Position numbers and translations under genes: made by a program
Shown here: positions 1 to 13,576 of the stretch, in pieces
How the letters are laid out: every line of letters starts with the position of its first letter
Numbering within the stretch: the first letter of the stretch is position 1
The notes under the pieces: generated by a model
The model's database searches: none
The model's input: only the letters and a program-made list of their open reading frames with translations
Told to the model about the DNA's origin: nothing
Source of the DNA: Azolla caroliniana
Lineage: Eukaryota; Plantae; Polypodiophyta
NCBI GenBank assembly: GCA_043228905.1
Contig: JBHGNT010000004.1
Coordinates: 8,990,001 to 9,054,000 of the forward strand
Length of the DNA: 64,000 bases
Reading direction: 5' to 3'

Positions 1-2379
1 GAGTCTCCACTACTCACCGGTTCTTCATCAGACTGGTCGAACCGACTCATTCGTCCATTCGGTCCGCTTAACCGAAACGAAATCGGACTCTCTTTGCGGG
101 TCCCGATTTCAGGCTCAACCGGAGGCATCTCGGCCTCGCTGAGCTCATCGTCAGAACTCGGATTGGAGGTGAGGTCCGGAGTCGGAGGCAAGTACCAAGA
201 CGCGGACTCGTCAGACACAACGTTGTGGCTCACGCGCGCTTGTTTGGTGCGAGGGTTATAACACTTACAACCCTTCTGCTCATCCGAATAGCCGACTAAG
301 ATACACTTCTCGGCTTTCGCGTCCAACTTCCTCCGCTTCTCCTTCGGTACATGCACAAGTGTCGTAGATTCTGCTTCCTTCCGAAATACAGCTCATGTGC
401 CGACACTTTGTCTCCAATTTGATTCTGGATGTAGACCGCGGTCTGAACCGCTTCAGCCCAGTTGGGCAAGCTCTTCTCCTCTAGCATTGCCCACGCTGCT
501 TCCAGAACCGACCAATTTTTTCTTTCGGCCACACCGTTTTGCTCCGGCGTATATCTACAGCTAAATTCCCATCTGTTGTAGATACCCGTTGAATTGACCG
601 GAAAAGTACTCTTTTCCGCCATCCAACCGCACGCACTTGATCTTTCTTCCTGTTTCCCTTTCGACGAAAATCTTGAGGTCCCGAAAACAGTCGAAGACTT
701 CACTCTTTTTCTCAATGAGGTACATCCACGTGTGCCACGTATAGTCGTCGATGAAGGAGACGAAATATCGACTCCCGCCAAGACTAACGTTCTATGTCGG
801 CCCCCATAGATCAGAATGTATCAAGTCGAGCTTGTTTCGGCTCCGGTTATGCTCGTTGGGGAAAGGAAGTCAGTGTTGCTTCCCTAGCTGGCAAGCTTCA
901 CAAATTTGTCACTTCCGGCCACTAAATTTGGGCAATCCGAACACCACCTGTTTCGATTGCATGTCTTGAAGCCGTTGATAGTTGACGTGGCCTATCCGCG
1001 TGTGCCATAAGTCGATATCTGACTCGAATTTTTGTCCTTTCGTGAACATTGCGGTGCCACCATCACTAGAGTCGAGGATAAACATCCTCCCGTCTCTACA
1101 CCCTTGTGCAATAACTCAGCCTTCTTCCTCGATGAACCACCCGAGATGCGTGAACCGGACTTGCATCCCTTGATCGACGATCTGCCCGACCGACACCAGA
1201 TTCTTTGTGATTGTTGAGACGTGTAACACGTTCATGAGTTTCCCTTCCTGCCCGACATGGCTTAGGGGAACTTCACCGACATTTGCGATCAGATGCGGAG
1301 TGTCGTCTTCAGTTGAGACTACTCCCGGTTACATCGGTTTCTCAAGGTATGAGAACCACTCCTTGTGGCACGTCATGTGGTTTGACGCGCCGGAGTTGAC
1401 GTACCACACCTCATTCGACTTTGGGCTGATCTTCTTCATCGAGTTTGCTTCGTGTCTCGTCACGAAGGCTGACCCTTTTCCGGCTTTTCCAGATCCTTCG
1501 GCGTAGTGCGATCGCTGTCGATTTCCTTTGTCGGTCTGTCCGGAACTTGATCCGTATCCGGTCCTCTCCAAATCGGTGCGCTTCTTCCAGCACTCGCTCT
1601 CCTTGTGACCTTTCTTGCCACAGTACCAGCATTCCGCAATGGATTTCCCATACCGGTTGTCGTCGCCTCGACTCCCCCTGTTTCCGGAGGGTCCGGAATT
1701 GCTGTCGGCATCACTTCGGTGCCTTCTTCGTTGATCTCGTCGGCCGCCTTCATTGCGCACCGACTCGCCTCATCTGCCACGACCACGGGGCCTATCTCCC
1801 TCCATGTACAACATCTTGATGTCGGCATGCGTGCTCATCAACGCACCCACGTGGTTCTCCTCCATAAGGAGCATCGACTGTAGGTCGAAAAACGACGGCG
1901 TATTCTCCCGTGTACACACAACAGTTTGGAATGCTCTAAACTTCGACACTAGTCCCCCGACACAGATCTGCACCATCTCACCTTCCTTGACGTTCACATC
2001 GATAGAGGCTAAGGAGTCACATATCTCTTTGATTTTCAAGGTGTAATCAACCACCGACAAGTTGCGTTGTCATAGGTTGCTCAGCTCCTGTCGAAGTTGA
2101 AGCTTCCTAGCTGTAGTGCTTGCTACAAAAATCTTCTTCAAATTTCCCCAAGCATCTTTCGGAATTTTTGCATCCCGAATGCAGCTTAGGAGCTATTCGC
2201 CCACCCTCCCAAAATATATTCCTACGGGGAATATCTATCCAACGGCCTCGCGGTTTACACACCGCTATGGCTTACGTTATGCGTACTGTTTTACGCACCC
2301 AGTCTACACACTGGGTCATGCACAGTGTTACACACCAAACGTTGAGCTTGTCACTCAACAAACAACAGTTCTCAACCTC

Positions 2380-2391
2380 GCTCTAATACCA
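2380..2391 (-). promoter_or_regulatory. Primer-binding site (tRNA-iMet type) of Copia Z
   Basis: TGGTATTAGAGC on minus, directly after the LTR end ...TTCTTTACA. Confidence 0.9.
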
Positions 2392-2834
2392 TGTAAAGAA
2401 TAGCGTGCAGAAGCTTGTGGACAAACCGGCTAAGTCGGATTCAACAATAAAACAAAGAATGAAGGTTTAATGGAAGTTTAAGAGCAATGAATACACAAGA
2501 GAGACAGAGAGAGCAGAAAGGATAAACTCTATTCAAAAAAATTAACACTCTATACATAGGATGTGCTCAATGAGCACTTTTTATACAAGTCCACAAGGGA
2601 CTAACAGAAGTACTATGTACATCAATGCTCATACGAGAGGCTGACATTAACTACGATGACCATGACTACTTAGTAGTCTAGAAGAGTAGGCCTCTAAATG
2701 GCCTACCGGTTCACACTTGAGTCTGACTCTCTAATCCGGTTCTTGGTCCCGGATACCGATCCGGTCCATCCGTTCCGGATATTTATACGGACACCGATCC
2801 GGATACGATCAGGCTCAGGCTTGTTCGCTCAACA
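2392..2834 (-). repeat. 5' LTR of Copia Z
   Basis: TG...CA termini; adjacent PBS; similar to 2850-3172 and 53739-54183. Confidence 0.88.
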
Positions 2835-3172
2835 CTTAGTCACATAAAGAATACACAGGAGAGACAGAGAGAACAGAACAGCACAAACTTACTTTCAAAA
2901 TATCACTATGTACATACATATCCTACATAATACTTTTTATACAAGTCCTTAAAAGGACTGACAAAAGTACTGACAAGTACTTCAATGCTCATACCAGTGA
3001 TTGACACTAACTCCAAGGAATATGCCTACATACTAGGCTAAGATTGTAGGCCTCTAATGGCCTAGTGGTTACAATCTGATCCGTCTCTTTGATCCGGCTC
3101 TTGGTTTCGGATACCAATTCGGCTCTGGCTTATTCAACCGATCTGGATCCGGTTGAGCTTATCCGCTCAACA
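2835..3172 (-). repeat. Partial older LTR of a related Copia family, probably the target of Copia Z
   Basis: Colinear similarity to 2490-2834 and 53850-54183; ends in ...CCGCTCAACA. Confidence 0.75.
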
Positions 3173-3611
3173 ACGGCATTCATCGAAGTCTTCCAAACAT
3201 TGTCACCATTTCCCTCACATTGTTCGTCACCATTTCTTGCTTCTCTCGCACATAAGTTGTCGCCACACATCCTTCCTCAACGTCTTCTCCAAGGGTGGGA
3301 TTGGTCGTAGGGCGTGCCAAAATAGTGTTATGGGTTTAGGGTTGGGGATGACGATCATTGCGGGATGCGTTAGGATGATGTTGAGAATCATTGTGGGGTG
3401 GGGGTGGGGGTGGGGGTGGGGGTGGTGCCTAGAATGGTTCCACCCCCCTCCCAACCGGGTTCAACGTGAGAGCGGGAGAGAAAAGAGAAAAGGTGTCAAA
3501 GAGAGAGAGAGAGAACTTATTCATGTTCCATTCATTCCCCATAAAGGGGTTGAATAGTTACAATGAGGTTAGATACATAGGGGTGCAAGGCACTATCCCA
3601 CCGGGGTAGTG
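3173..3611 (-). mobile_element. Probable CACTA (CMC-EnSpm) element terminus
   Basis: Minus strand begins CACTACCCC at 3611, exactly where Copia B RT is truncated. Subterminal palindrome at 3591-3611, (GA)n and (GGGGTG)n tracts. No transposase is visible. Confidence 0.4.
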
Positions 3612-3961
3612 TCAGCATGATAAGTCAATCTATGCAAACGTCGACACACGATCACCTTCAGTGTGCACACCAAATACTGAGATATGTGAGCGGCATGAAG
3701 GATCGTGGACTTGCTATATCGCCACGGCATATTTGAACAATTGGTTGGCTACACAGATGTCGATTGGACCGGAGACACCACAGATCATCAGTCGACATCA
3801 GGCTTTATGTTCTCCCTTGGAAGTGCCAAAATAGCATGGAGTAGTAAGAAGCAACGGACAGTGGCCAAGTCGAGCATCGAGGCTGAGTACAAAGGTGTCA
3901 CCATTGCGACATGTGAGGCCATATTGTTCAAGCGACTGTTGCAGGATCTCCAGGGCAACGT

Positions 3962-4783
3962 TGTCGTGTCGAAGCACGTCGCGTATAAGAGCTTGGCATG
4001 TCCGGGCGGAACCGTTGGGGTTCTGAACCAGGAGAGTGGAAATAAGAAGATGAAAGAGAAGAGTGGGAAGTCGAGCCGGAAGTATCTCAATAGTCATGAG
4101 TGGTTTGCAGCCCTACCCGTGAAGACCAAAAACCTTATATCGTTCCACCTACATAACCAAATTAAGTGTGCAAAAACATATTGGAAAGCCCTCTGGAAGA
4201 GCTTTCCAAGGACCTATAGAACGTCGACAAATGATGTTAGAATTGAGAGTTATGAAGGAAATACCGTATAGTGCTACTCCTCAAACGCAGACGAAGAAGA
4301 AATGCCAAATAGGAATTTCACTCTTTCTTCGAGAGAAAACCCTTTACAAAATAGGACTCTTTGATTGTTCCCCCCCCCCCCCCCCCCCTCCATGACAATA
4401 ATCCTCCCCTCTTATACTAAATTGATGTCATTACATGTAGGCCACGTGGCACACACCTAGAGAAGCTTGTGCATGTGCGCGATATAAAGCATGCGGGCCA
4501 TGTGGCACACATGTAGAGAAACTTTGCATGTGCGTTATATGGTGCACATGAAATACATTACATGGTTTTGAGTACACAAAATTTGTTCCAAAATAATGCA
4601 AATAATCCCTAAGAACAATAATACTAAAGAACTTTGAGTCTAGAATGTAAATCAACTCCAATGAGTCGAATCAGGTGGATCTCCAAGGAGTGTTGGGTCA
4701 CCGAACCAAGTCGAGATGTGTGGTTGTAGTTGAGGCAAGTGTGGAATCATGGTGGCACCAATCGTTCGTATCCCTTTACGTCA
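3962..4783 (-). repeat. 3' LTR of Gypsy 1
   Basis: Near-identical to 16086-16895; differs mainly in poly-C length and scattered transitions; PPT adjacent. Confidence 0.95.
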
Positions 4784-4956
4784 TGCACCCCCTCCTAACC
4801 TGCACATCCTCTGGTATGTGCTAAGTGGAGAAAATTCAACCAAAGTCTTCTTTCCTTTTATTTGAACATTTGATGCATGCCAATAGTCTTCATTCAATTC
4901 CGGAATCGACATGAGAGACATCTTCTCCCCTTCATTCTTCTCGTTTACTTTCTCTT

Positions 4957-7900
4957 TGTTGAGAATCAAGCTCAACTTGGTCTAGTGTGTGAACTCACCT
5001 TGAGAGTGAATAGACACTCCAACAATCAAGAGTCACCATTATCTCACCACTTTGTATTCTAGCATTTAGTATTAGTCATAGAATCATATTCTATGACACA
5101 TAACTTATGAGCTTTCACATTCCCCATGCTCCATGAGTCTTGTAGTTAATGAAGAGAGAGGGTGACTATATAAAGCACCCTCCTCCCACCTTGTATAATG
5201 TTGAGTCTTTCTCCTTTGTTAATATACTTTACCTTGCGTATTCTCTGTGTCTTACCCCTTGTCTCTCTCACTCTCTCTCATACATACACACACATCTCTC
5301 ACCTATTCTGCTACACAAGAATCATACCCGATTCTTTACATGGTATCAGAGCAGTTTGGTAGTTTTATCTAGCCCATCCGCGTGCGTTGAGCTCTACGCC
5401 GACGTTCAAGAAGAACCGGCTCATTGCTATCGTAGTGCGACTACATAGCTTGTATTCAAGAGAGAAGAAGAAGGAAGAAATTTACATCAAACACCATAAA
5501 TACTCAAATGGGGAGCGCTCTCCCTAGTGAGAAGTTGGACCGAAACAACTTCACATCTTGGGAATACAAGATGCACAAATACCTTGTCGGCCAAGGCTAT
5601 TGGTGTTACATCAAGGGAGCACAAGAAAACCGACCCGACCCGGCAGACGCCGACTACTCAACATGGGAGCAAGCGGCGAGTCGAGTAATGTATTGCTTGG
5701 CGACATGTGTTCACGACCACATGCTCGGTTACATTCGAGAAACTGAGACGCCAAAGGAAGCATGGGAAAATCTACGAAAGATTTTCGCCGCAAACACGAC
5801 TGCGAGGAAGCTTCAACTCCGCCAAGAGTTGAACAACGTCCAACAACAGGACATGTTCATCACAAGCTACACCTTGAAGATCAAGGAGATTTGTGACTCG
5901 CTCGGCTCAATAAGCATCAATGTGAATGATGATGAGATGGTGCAAATATTCCTCAGCGGCCTTGCACCACGGTTCAGCTTGATGAGAACCGTGGTCCTAG
6001 CAAGGGAGAATCGTCCCTCTTTCTTTGATCTTCAATCTATGTTATTGGTCAAAGAAAACCACGTGTGTACAAGCAATGAGTTGGAAGCCTACATGCTCTA
6101 CACACACTCGAACGGAGGAAGAGGATGCGGACAAGCAAGAGGCCGATTCGGCCAAGGACAAGGCGGACAAGGTCCGACCTATGACAACAATTTCCAATTT
6201 CGACCGCAAAATCGAAGCTAACGAGGAACCTTCGCAAGAACGGGGAGCTTCCACTCCGGCCCGAGCCGTCAAAACGCAACCGAATACGGATACTACAGAA
6301 AGCTCGGCAAACATGAAGAAGAGTGCCGAAAGAAGATGCGCGAATCGGCCTCCACAAGCCGACAACTCACAAATTACGCGCACAATTACGACTACGAAGA
6401 GTATAGCGGAATGTACGAGCACAACTCCAACTACAAAGATCGTGGCGGAATGTATGCACACAACTCCGACCGTGGCGTAATGTTCATGATGAAACATAGA
6501 GCAAACTCTATGTCGGCCTCTACCTCAACTACTACCCTCAATCTGGAGGACGTATGGTTTGTTGACTCCAAAGCCTCAAACCATATGACATCTCATAAAG
6601 AATGGTTCTCGAACTTCGAGAGCCGGAGTGACCCGGTTATGTCGAAACCGAAGATGACACTACGCACCCGATTCGGCACATGGGCAATGTTCCGTTCAGC
6701 GAAAGAGGTAAGCAAACATACGTCAAAAATGTCTTGCATGTTCCCACCATCACGAAAAACTTGGTCTCGGTCGGCCAAATGTTTGAGCAAGGGATGCAAG
6801 TATGATTCGACCAAGAAGGGTACTTCATCGAAAAAGAGGGCCGAATCATCGCGCGTCGAAGAAGAGAGGGCTGGATGTTCATTCTCAATTCACACAAGAT
6901 GAAATCCGCTGTGTTCGCAAAAAGCACAAGAGCCGACTCCGATATAGAGCTATGGCACAAGCAAATCGGCTACATCAATCTTAACAAACTCAAAGCAATG
7001 AAATCGAAAGGAGTCGTCATCGGACTCCCGACATTCAAAGAGAAGGAGATTGAAGGTGTATGCAAAACACGCCAATTCGGCAAGCAACACCGACACCCAT
7101 TCCCAAAAGAGCGGAACGTGAGCAAAGGTCTACTTGACGTAGTCCATTCTGACGTATGGGGACCGGCGCAGATGGCTACATTCGGCGGATGCCGATATTA
7201 CATGCTCTTCATCGACGACTTCTCCAGGCACACATGGCTCTATCCGATGTGGCAAAAGAGCGAAGTGTTCAGACACTTCCAAAGTTTAAAAAACGAAGTC
7301 AAAAAAGCCACTGGTCGTCATGTACGATGCCTTCGATCGGATGGTGGCAAGGAGAACTTCTTGGACGATTTCATGGCGTATCTCCAAAAGGAAGGAATTC
7401 GGCGAGAATTCACTTGCCAACACACTCCGCAACAAAACGGAGTAGCCAAGCGCAAAAATCGGCAATTCCTCGAAGTAGCGCGGGCCATGTTGAACGAGAA
7501 GCATATGCCCAATTCATATTGGGCCGAAGCTACAAATACGGCCGTCTACCTAATGAACCGATGCACAACATACGGAGTGCACGAGGTCACTCCGCACGAA
7601 AAATACTTCGGAAAGAAGCCGGATCTATCGCACACACGAATATTCGGCGCAATAGCATATGTGCACATACCCGACGAAAAGCGGCAAAAGCTAGATCCAA
7701 AGTCGGAGAAATGTATCCTTGTGGGATACTCACTCGAACAAAAGGGGTACAAATGCTACAATCCATCTACCCGAAAAGTTCGAGTAAGTTGAGACGTCGT
7801 GTTCGACGAATCTGCATCCTGGTACACACCAGAGAAGATTCCAACTTCGACCTCGATCAATGCAGAATCAGCTGAACAAGAGCGAGAAGGTGGAGATCGC

Positions 7901-10465
7901 CTCGAAGACATGTTCAAAGATAGCCTGATGACAAGAAGGCTAAGTGGGCCACAAGAGCCCCCGAGCGATCAAAGCACATCACGGCCTAGCCCGAAGATGG
8001 ACAAAGGCAAGGCGAAAATGTCGGAATACGAAGACGATCTCCTCGACAACGATGAGTCGACTCACTCACTCACTCGACAGTGAGTTCGGCGGCTTCGATG
8101 TACCAATCAGAGTGAAGAAAGCCCTCATCTTTCCAAATGAAAAGCTCTGTCGCTCCACCCGTGAAAAGAAACCGGTCAGCCGATTCGGCTACAACGACTA
8201 CATGGCATATCACTATGCCTTTATGATGAAGTTAGCGATAGTACGCAAGCCGGAAACATTTTCCGAAGCAGCCAAGGATCCGTGATGGATCGAAGCCATG
8301 AACGAGGAGATGAAGGCACTATGAAAGAACGAGATGTGGGATCTCGTTCCCGCCTCACCACACAAAAAGGTGATTAGATGCAGATGGATTTACAAAGTGA
8401 AGTACAACGTCAACGGTTCCGTCAACCGCTACAAAGCGCAACTCGTAGCGAAAGGCTACACTCAAACGCACGGAGATGACTACGAGGAGACCTTTGCCCC
8501 GACGGCAAAGATGAAGATGGTACGGACCGTAATTGCGGTTGCCGCGGCGAAAGGGTGGCACCTCCATCAAATGGACGTTAAGAACGCCTTTCTACAAGGC
8601 GAATTAGAAGAGGAGGTGCACATGATACAACCACCCGGCTTCAACTCGAGTACCCATCCGAAAGCTATATGCCGACTCAAGAAGCCACTCTACGGCCTCA
8701 ATCAAGCACCGTGTGCTTGGCATTCGAAGATAACGCAATATCTTCATCAAATCGGCTTCCGTATGTCAAAATCGGACAACTCCCTCTACATACGAAGCGA
8801 TTCCACAAGTCCAATCGTCATCATCTTATATGTGGATGACCTAGTAATTGGCGGTGAGCATCTCGTCGACATCAATCAGGTCAAATCCCTCCTTTCTAAC
8901 AAGTTCGAGATGACGGACATGAAGGAGCTCCACTACTTCCTCGGCATCGAGGTAATTCGGACTCCGGCCGGAATCATGATCTCTCAACGGCACTACATCC
9001 TCAACTTGTTATACAATTTCGGTATGGCTGGGTGCAAATCCGCAGCAACCCCACTCGATCGCAATCTCAAACTAGATGCAAACTCCGGCACCAAAGCGTG
9101 TGAGGCGACTCAATATCGGCAACTCATCGGGAGTCTCATCTACCTCACAATCACACGGCCCGATCTCAGTTATCCGGTCGGTCTCCTTAGCCAATTCATG
9201 CAAACACCACGTGATACTCACTTGGATTACGCTAAGCGAGTTCTATGATACGTTAGCGGCACAATGGATTGCGGCATCCTCTACAAGACGGCGATGCCAA
9301 TACGACTCAAGGGGTACACAGACGCCGATTGGGCCGGCTACAATGCGGATAGAAGATCAACCTCCGGATTTGTTTTTTCCCTCGGTAGCGGAGCAATATC
9401 CTAGAGCAGCAAAAAGCAACCAACCGTCGCTCTTTCGAGCACAGAGGCGGAATACAAGGGCGCGGCAGTGGCCGCATGTGAGGCCGTATGGCTCAAAAGG
9501 ATACTCAATGATCTGGGCGTACCCATCAAGGATCCGACTTCCCTTTACTACGACAACCTGAGCAGTATCTATCTGGCTCGGAAACCGGTGTTCCACGTGC
9601 GGACAAAGCACATCGAAGTGCACTATCACTTCATCCGAGAGCGCGTTCTAGCTGGCGATGTCAACCTACAACACATTAGCACCAACCTTCAAACAGCCGA
9701 CATCTTCACTAAAGCCTTAGGAGCCGACAAGCTATGGCAATTCATGACCGATCTCGAATTGACGATCCCTGACCTGCCAAGCTTGAGGGGGAGTATTGAA
9801 GTTGCTACGCAATAACACGTGAATTCCGCAAACCGCGCACACTACGCAATAACGTGTGGATTCCGCAAGCGCGCAACGAAGCCGCGAAGAGCCGATCTAC
9901 CGCACAAAACCGTGAAGAAAGACGCAAGTCGAAGCACAGACTTCGCAACTACGCACAACGCAAGCTAGAGCACGGATTCCGCAACTCCGCATAAATGCGA
10001 GTCGACGCGAACTCCGGAACGCGAATCGAAACGGATTTTGGATACCATCTGAAACTAACCCGACTTGAGCTTGATGGGGCGTGTTGAGAATCAAGTTGAA
10101 TTTGGTCTAGTGTGTGAACTCACCTTGAGAGTGAATAGACATGCCAACGGTCAAGAGTCACCATTATGTCACCACTTTGTATTCTAGCATTTAGTATGAG
10201 TCATAGAATCATATTCTATGACACATAACTTATGAGCTTTCACATTCCCCATGCTACATGAGTCTTGTAGTTAATGAAGAGAGAGGGTGACTATATAAAG
10301 CACCCTCCTCCCACCTTGTATAATGTTGAGTCTTTATCCTTTGTTAATATACTTTACCTTGCGTATTCTCTGTGTCTTACCCCTTGTCTCTCTCACTCTC
10401 TCTCATACACACACACACATATCTCACCTATTCCGTTACACAAGAATCATACCCGATTCTTTACA
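4957..10465 (+). mobile_element. Ty1/Copia element A, full length (5.5 kb), TSD CTCTT, nested in the 3' end of Gypsy 1
   Basis: 384-bp LTRs 4957-5340 and 10082-10465 (about 15 differences by eye). PBS TGGTATCAGAGC 5341-5352. PPT 10072-10081. CTCTT at 4952-4956 and 10466-10470. Domain order gag-PR-INT-RT-RH. Confidence 0.97.
5508..9815 (+). pseudogene. Copia A gag-pol, interrupted by stops and frameshifts
   Basis: gag 5508-6221; WFVDS protease; integrase HSDVWGP/LRSDGG/TPQQNG 6875-7792; RT YVDDL 8334-9248; RNase H ...TKHIEVHYHFIRE..ADIFTK. Confidence 0.93.
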
Positions 10466-12244
10466 CTCTTCTAGACGAGTATCATGTGATGAAACTTTCA
10501 TTACCACTTCTAATTGGATACTTGTAGTTGCCACATCATGGACCACCTCTTCTTCAACATCTTCTTCCCAATTCGAATTAGCTTCCACGGATCGTTCATC
10601 CTGCAAAATGTCAGGAACAAGAGAGGCTCTTTGTTTAAAGAGTTTAATTCGTTTACCAACAATCGGAATTCGAAGAAGAGTTCCATCAAATTCTGACAAG
10701 ATATATGTTCCATTTTGCCGGACTTCCACCACTCGATACGACACAAACCATCGATGAGAGAATTTTCGAATAGATTTGTGTTGATGCTCAAGGCTACTAT
10801 CAAACACCAAAACCCAATCTCCTTTTTCAATGGGAATATTCTGAATTCGATGTCTCTTGTCAAATTGATCCTTATTCTTCAATCGAACTTCTTGTTGTTT
10901 CCTAGCAGCTTCAGTTATATCCTCCGGCCTATTCTCTAATTGCCGAATCCAAATAGCCAACAAATCTTCACGTTCCATCTGATCTTCCCAAGGTAAAACT
11001 CCCCAACTAGGAATCATCCGCTCGGTAGGCATAATAGGCTTCTGAGCAAAAAGTAGTTCCGATGGCATAAATCCCGTAACAGAGTTGTGAGTGCATCTAT
11101 CAGCCCAGAGAGCATAAGGAAGCATGTCAGGCTACATAGAAATTCAGCCATCACATGCTTTGACCAAAGCTTTCACAATCAGACCATGGCCCCTTTCTAC
11201 TTTACCATTTCCCTCCGGATTATATGCAGTAGTCAAAGTCAATCGGATCCCGAATCTTTGGAAGAACATTCGAGCCTCATCTGAATCAAGTTCCCCTCGA
11301 TCTGTTACAATCTGCCCAAGATTACCATATCTACAAATTACATCCTCTAATAAAAACTTTAGAACGGCCGATGCAGACTTGTTTCGGAGAGGTCTTCCAT
11401 CCACTTGGTTGGACAAATCCTCTCGAGCAAGAACCAAGTATTTCATTTGATTTCGACGAGAGGGCATATGAACTATATCCACCATCCACTTATAATGCAA
11501 CACAGGTGAGTACGTCGGATGTAGCTCATCTCTCACCCTATAATCAGAATACATTTGACATTCAATGCATGATTCCACATACCTTTGGATATCCTCATAC
11601 ATTCCCTTCCACCAATACCGATCCTTAACGTTCGAAAATGTGTTGACCACTCCTTTATGTCCAGCCCAATGACTATCATGAAAATCGGAAATAATCTTAT
11701 CTTTCTGAACCTATAAGCCGATAGCTCGAGTTGGAGGATCCTTAACTTTCTTTGCAAGTCTCCAAAGATATCCATCCTTCAAGAGAAACATATAAGCCTT
11801 CTTCCTGAATAGCCGAAAATCCTTTGATGTCCAATCAGGGCTTCCTTCTTGTGCTTGTAGGAATTTCCCGATTTGCAGTAGCTCTCCTTCATATTCCTCC
11901 TCTCTAAATTCAAGCACCTGCAAACCAATCTCATTACAAAAGAATCCATTATCAAAATCATCCTCTTCCTCTAGAGAAGACGGCTATAGAATAGTCCGTG
12001 CTCGGGACAACATATCAGCCATAACATTGGTTTTCCCAATAATGTGCTAGATCTCTGGGTTAAATGTTTTAATATAGGCAATCCATCTTAGGATGGATAT
12101 ATTTGTAGAAGAACATCCTGAAATCATTCCAAGGATTGGCAGACAATCCGTCTCTATAACCACTTCCGATCCAATCAAATAATCCTTGTCTACTTTAATC
12201 GCAGAAACTATGCCCCACAACTCTCTCTTTATTTGAGCATACCT

Positions 12245-13576
12245 TCATTGTTGATCATGTAAAATCTTTGCTCCAAACCGAATAGCATATCGATCTCCAA
12301 TTTCATCCTCTTGATTAATAACCCATCCAATTCCAGTCGGACTTGCATCAACAGTCACAAAGATAGGTCGACCTTGCTCATGTATAGGTCGTCGCAAGGC
12401 TGGTGCAAATGACAAAAGTATCTTAATCTTCTTCATGGCCAATGTATGCTCCTCCTCCCATATAAACCTTTGTCCTTTCCATAATAACTTATATAAGGGA
12501 TCAGCAATATGTGCAAAATGTGGAATCCAAATATGATAAAAAACACATGCACCTAAAAACCGTCTTACTTCTGATGTTGACTTGCAGATATCCTCCATTG
12601 CATTGTTGTCATCCACCTTGGCTGGATCAGGTTTCCGACCATAGGGGCGACACAAATGTCCCACAATCCGCACTTCAGATCTACCAAAACTTGATTTTTC
12701 TCCAGAAATTGTCAAATGTGCCTCCTCTAAATTCTTCAATATGTCTTCACAGTCTACTATATGATCTGAGACGAATTTCCGACATCCATCCGACCCAACT
12801 TCTTCATCCTTCTCCTCTTCTAGACATCCTTTAATCAAAATGTCATCCAAGAAAGGCATTGTTCGATGAGGAATGTGATCCCTGAGCACCTTATTCATTG
12901 CGTGCATCATATGAGCGACAGAATTAGTTGCGCCTTGTGGTAAAGTACACATTCGAACCAGCCCAATAGGTGTACGCATTGTAGTAATATCCCTACTATC
13001 CAAAGCAAGCTGAAATTGATCATATCCGGAATACAAATCAGCCATGGAGTAGATAGCTCTACCTGCAAAAGATTCTGCGAAGGAATCCACGATGGTACCA
13101 ACTCCTGAATTCCGAATCGTTACTTTGTTAACTGGTTGGAGATCTTGAATGAACTTGAGAGATCCGTTCTTTTTTGGCACTGTAAACCACCGGTTAGAAT
13201 ACGGAGCATTCGAAGGCTCCAAGATACCCATCTGCACCTTCTCTTTTAGCAACTCAATGAGTTTCGGAATATGAGCTCTTGGAACAGGAATTGGTTTCAA
13301 GTTCCAAGGCATATGAGGGATAGTAAAGATAATCATTGGCTCCACCAGTTGTGGGTCCACACAACCTATCTCTAAAGGTGAAAAAGCAAAATCCTTACCA
13401 TGTTGAGATAACATCTTTCGGAATTGGCTTTCTTCAACTTGATTATGGAAATCACCCCCTCCTATCTGAAGCTTCCCTTGCGAAGACTCCGTAAACACAT
13501 GACCAATCATCCTCAGATCCCATAACATTGGTTCTTCCTTCACCCTTTTTAGCCGATCTATGCTATCATCTGGCAA
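12245..13576 (-). pseudogene. Gypsy 1 reverse transcriptase / RNase H fragment
   Basis: DLYSGYDQ, LPQGATNS, FLDDI and VTVDAS motifs; flanked by stops and frameshifts. Confidence 0.9.

Larger units (their letters stand above)
1..2834 (-). mobile_element. Ty1/Copia LTR retrotransposon Z, 5' half (LTR, PBS, gag, Zn knuckle, protease, integrase), degenerate; runs off the left edge
   Basis: ORF fragments: gag (1770-2060), CWYCGKKGHKESEC knuckle and WYVNSGAS protease (1329-1760), integrase TPEQNGVAERKN (296-781). LTR 2392-2834 (TGTTGAG...TTTACA on minus). PBS at 2380-2391. Confidence 0.93.

Noticed and set aside
3153-3557. GW-repeat (Argonaute hook) protein ORF
   Set aside because: GWGWGW comes from a (GGGGTG)n simple repeat; there is no other coding evidence.
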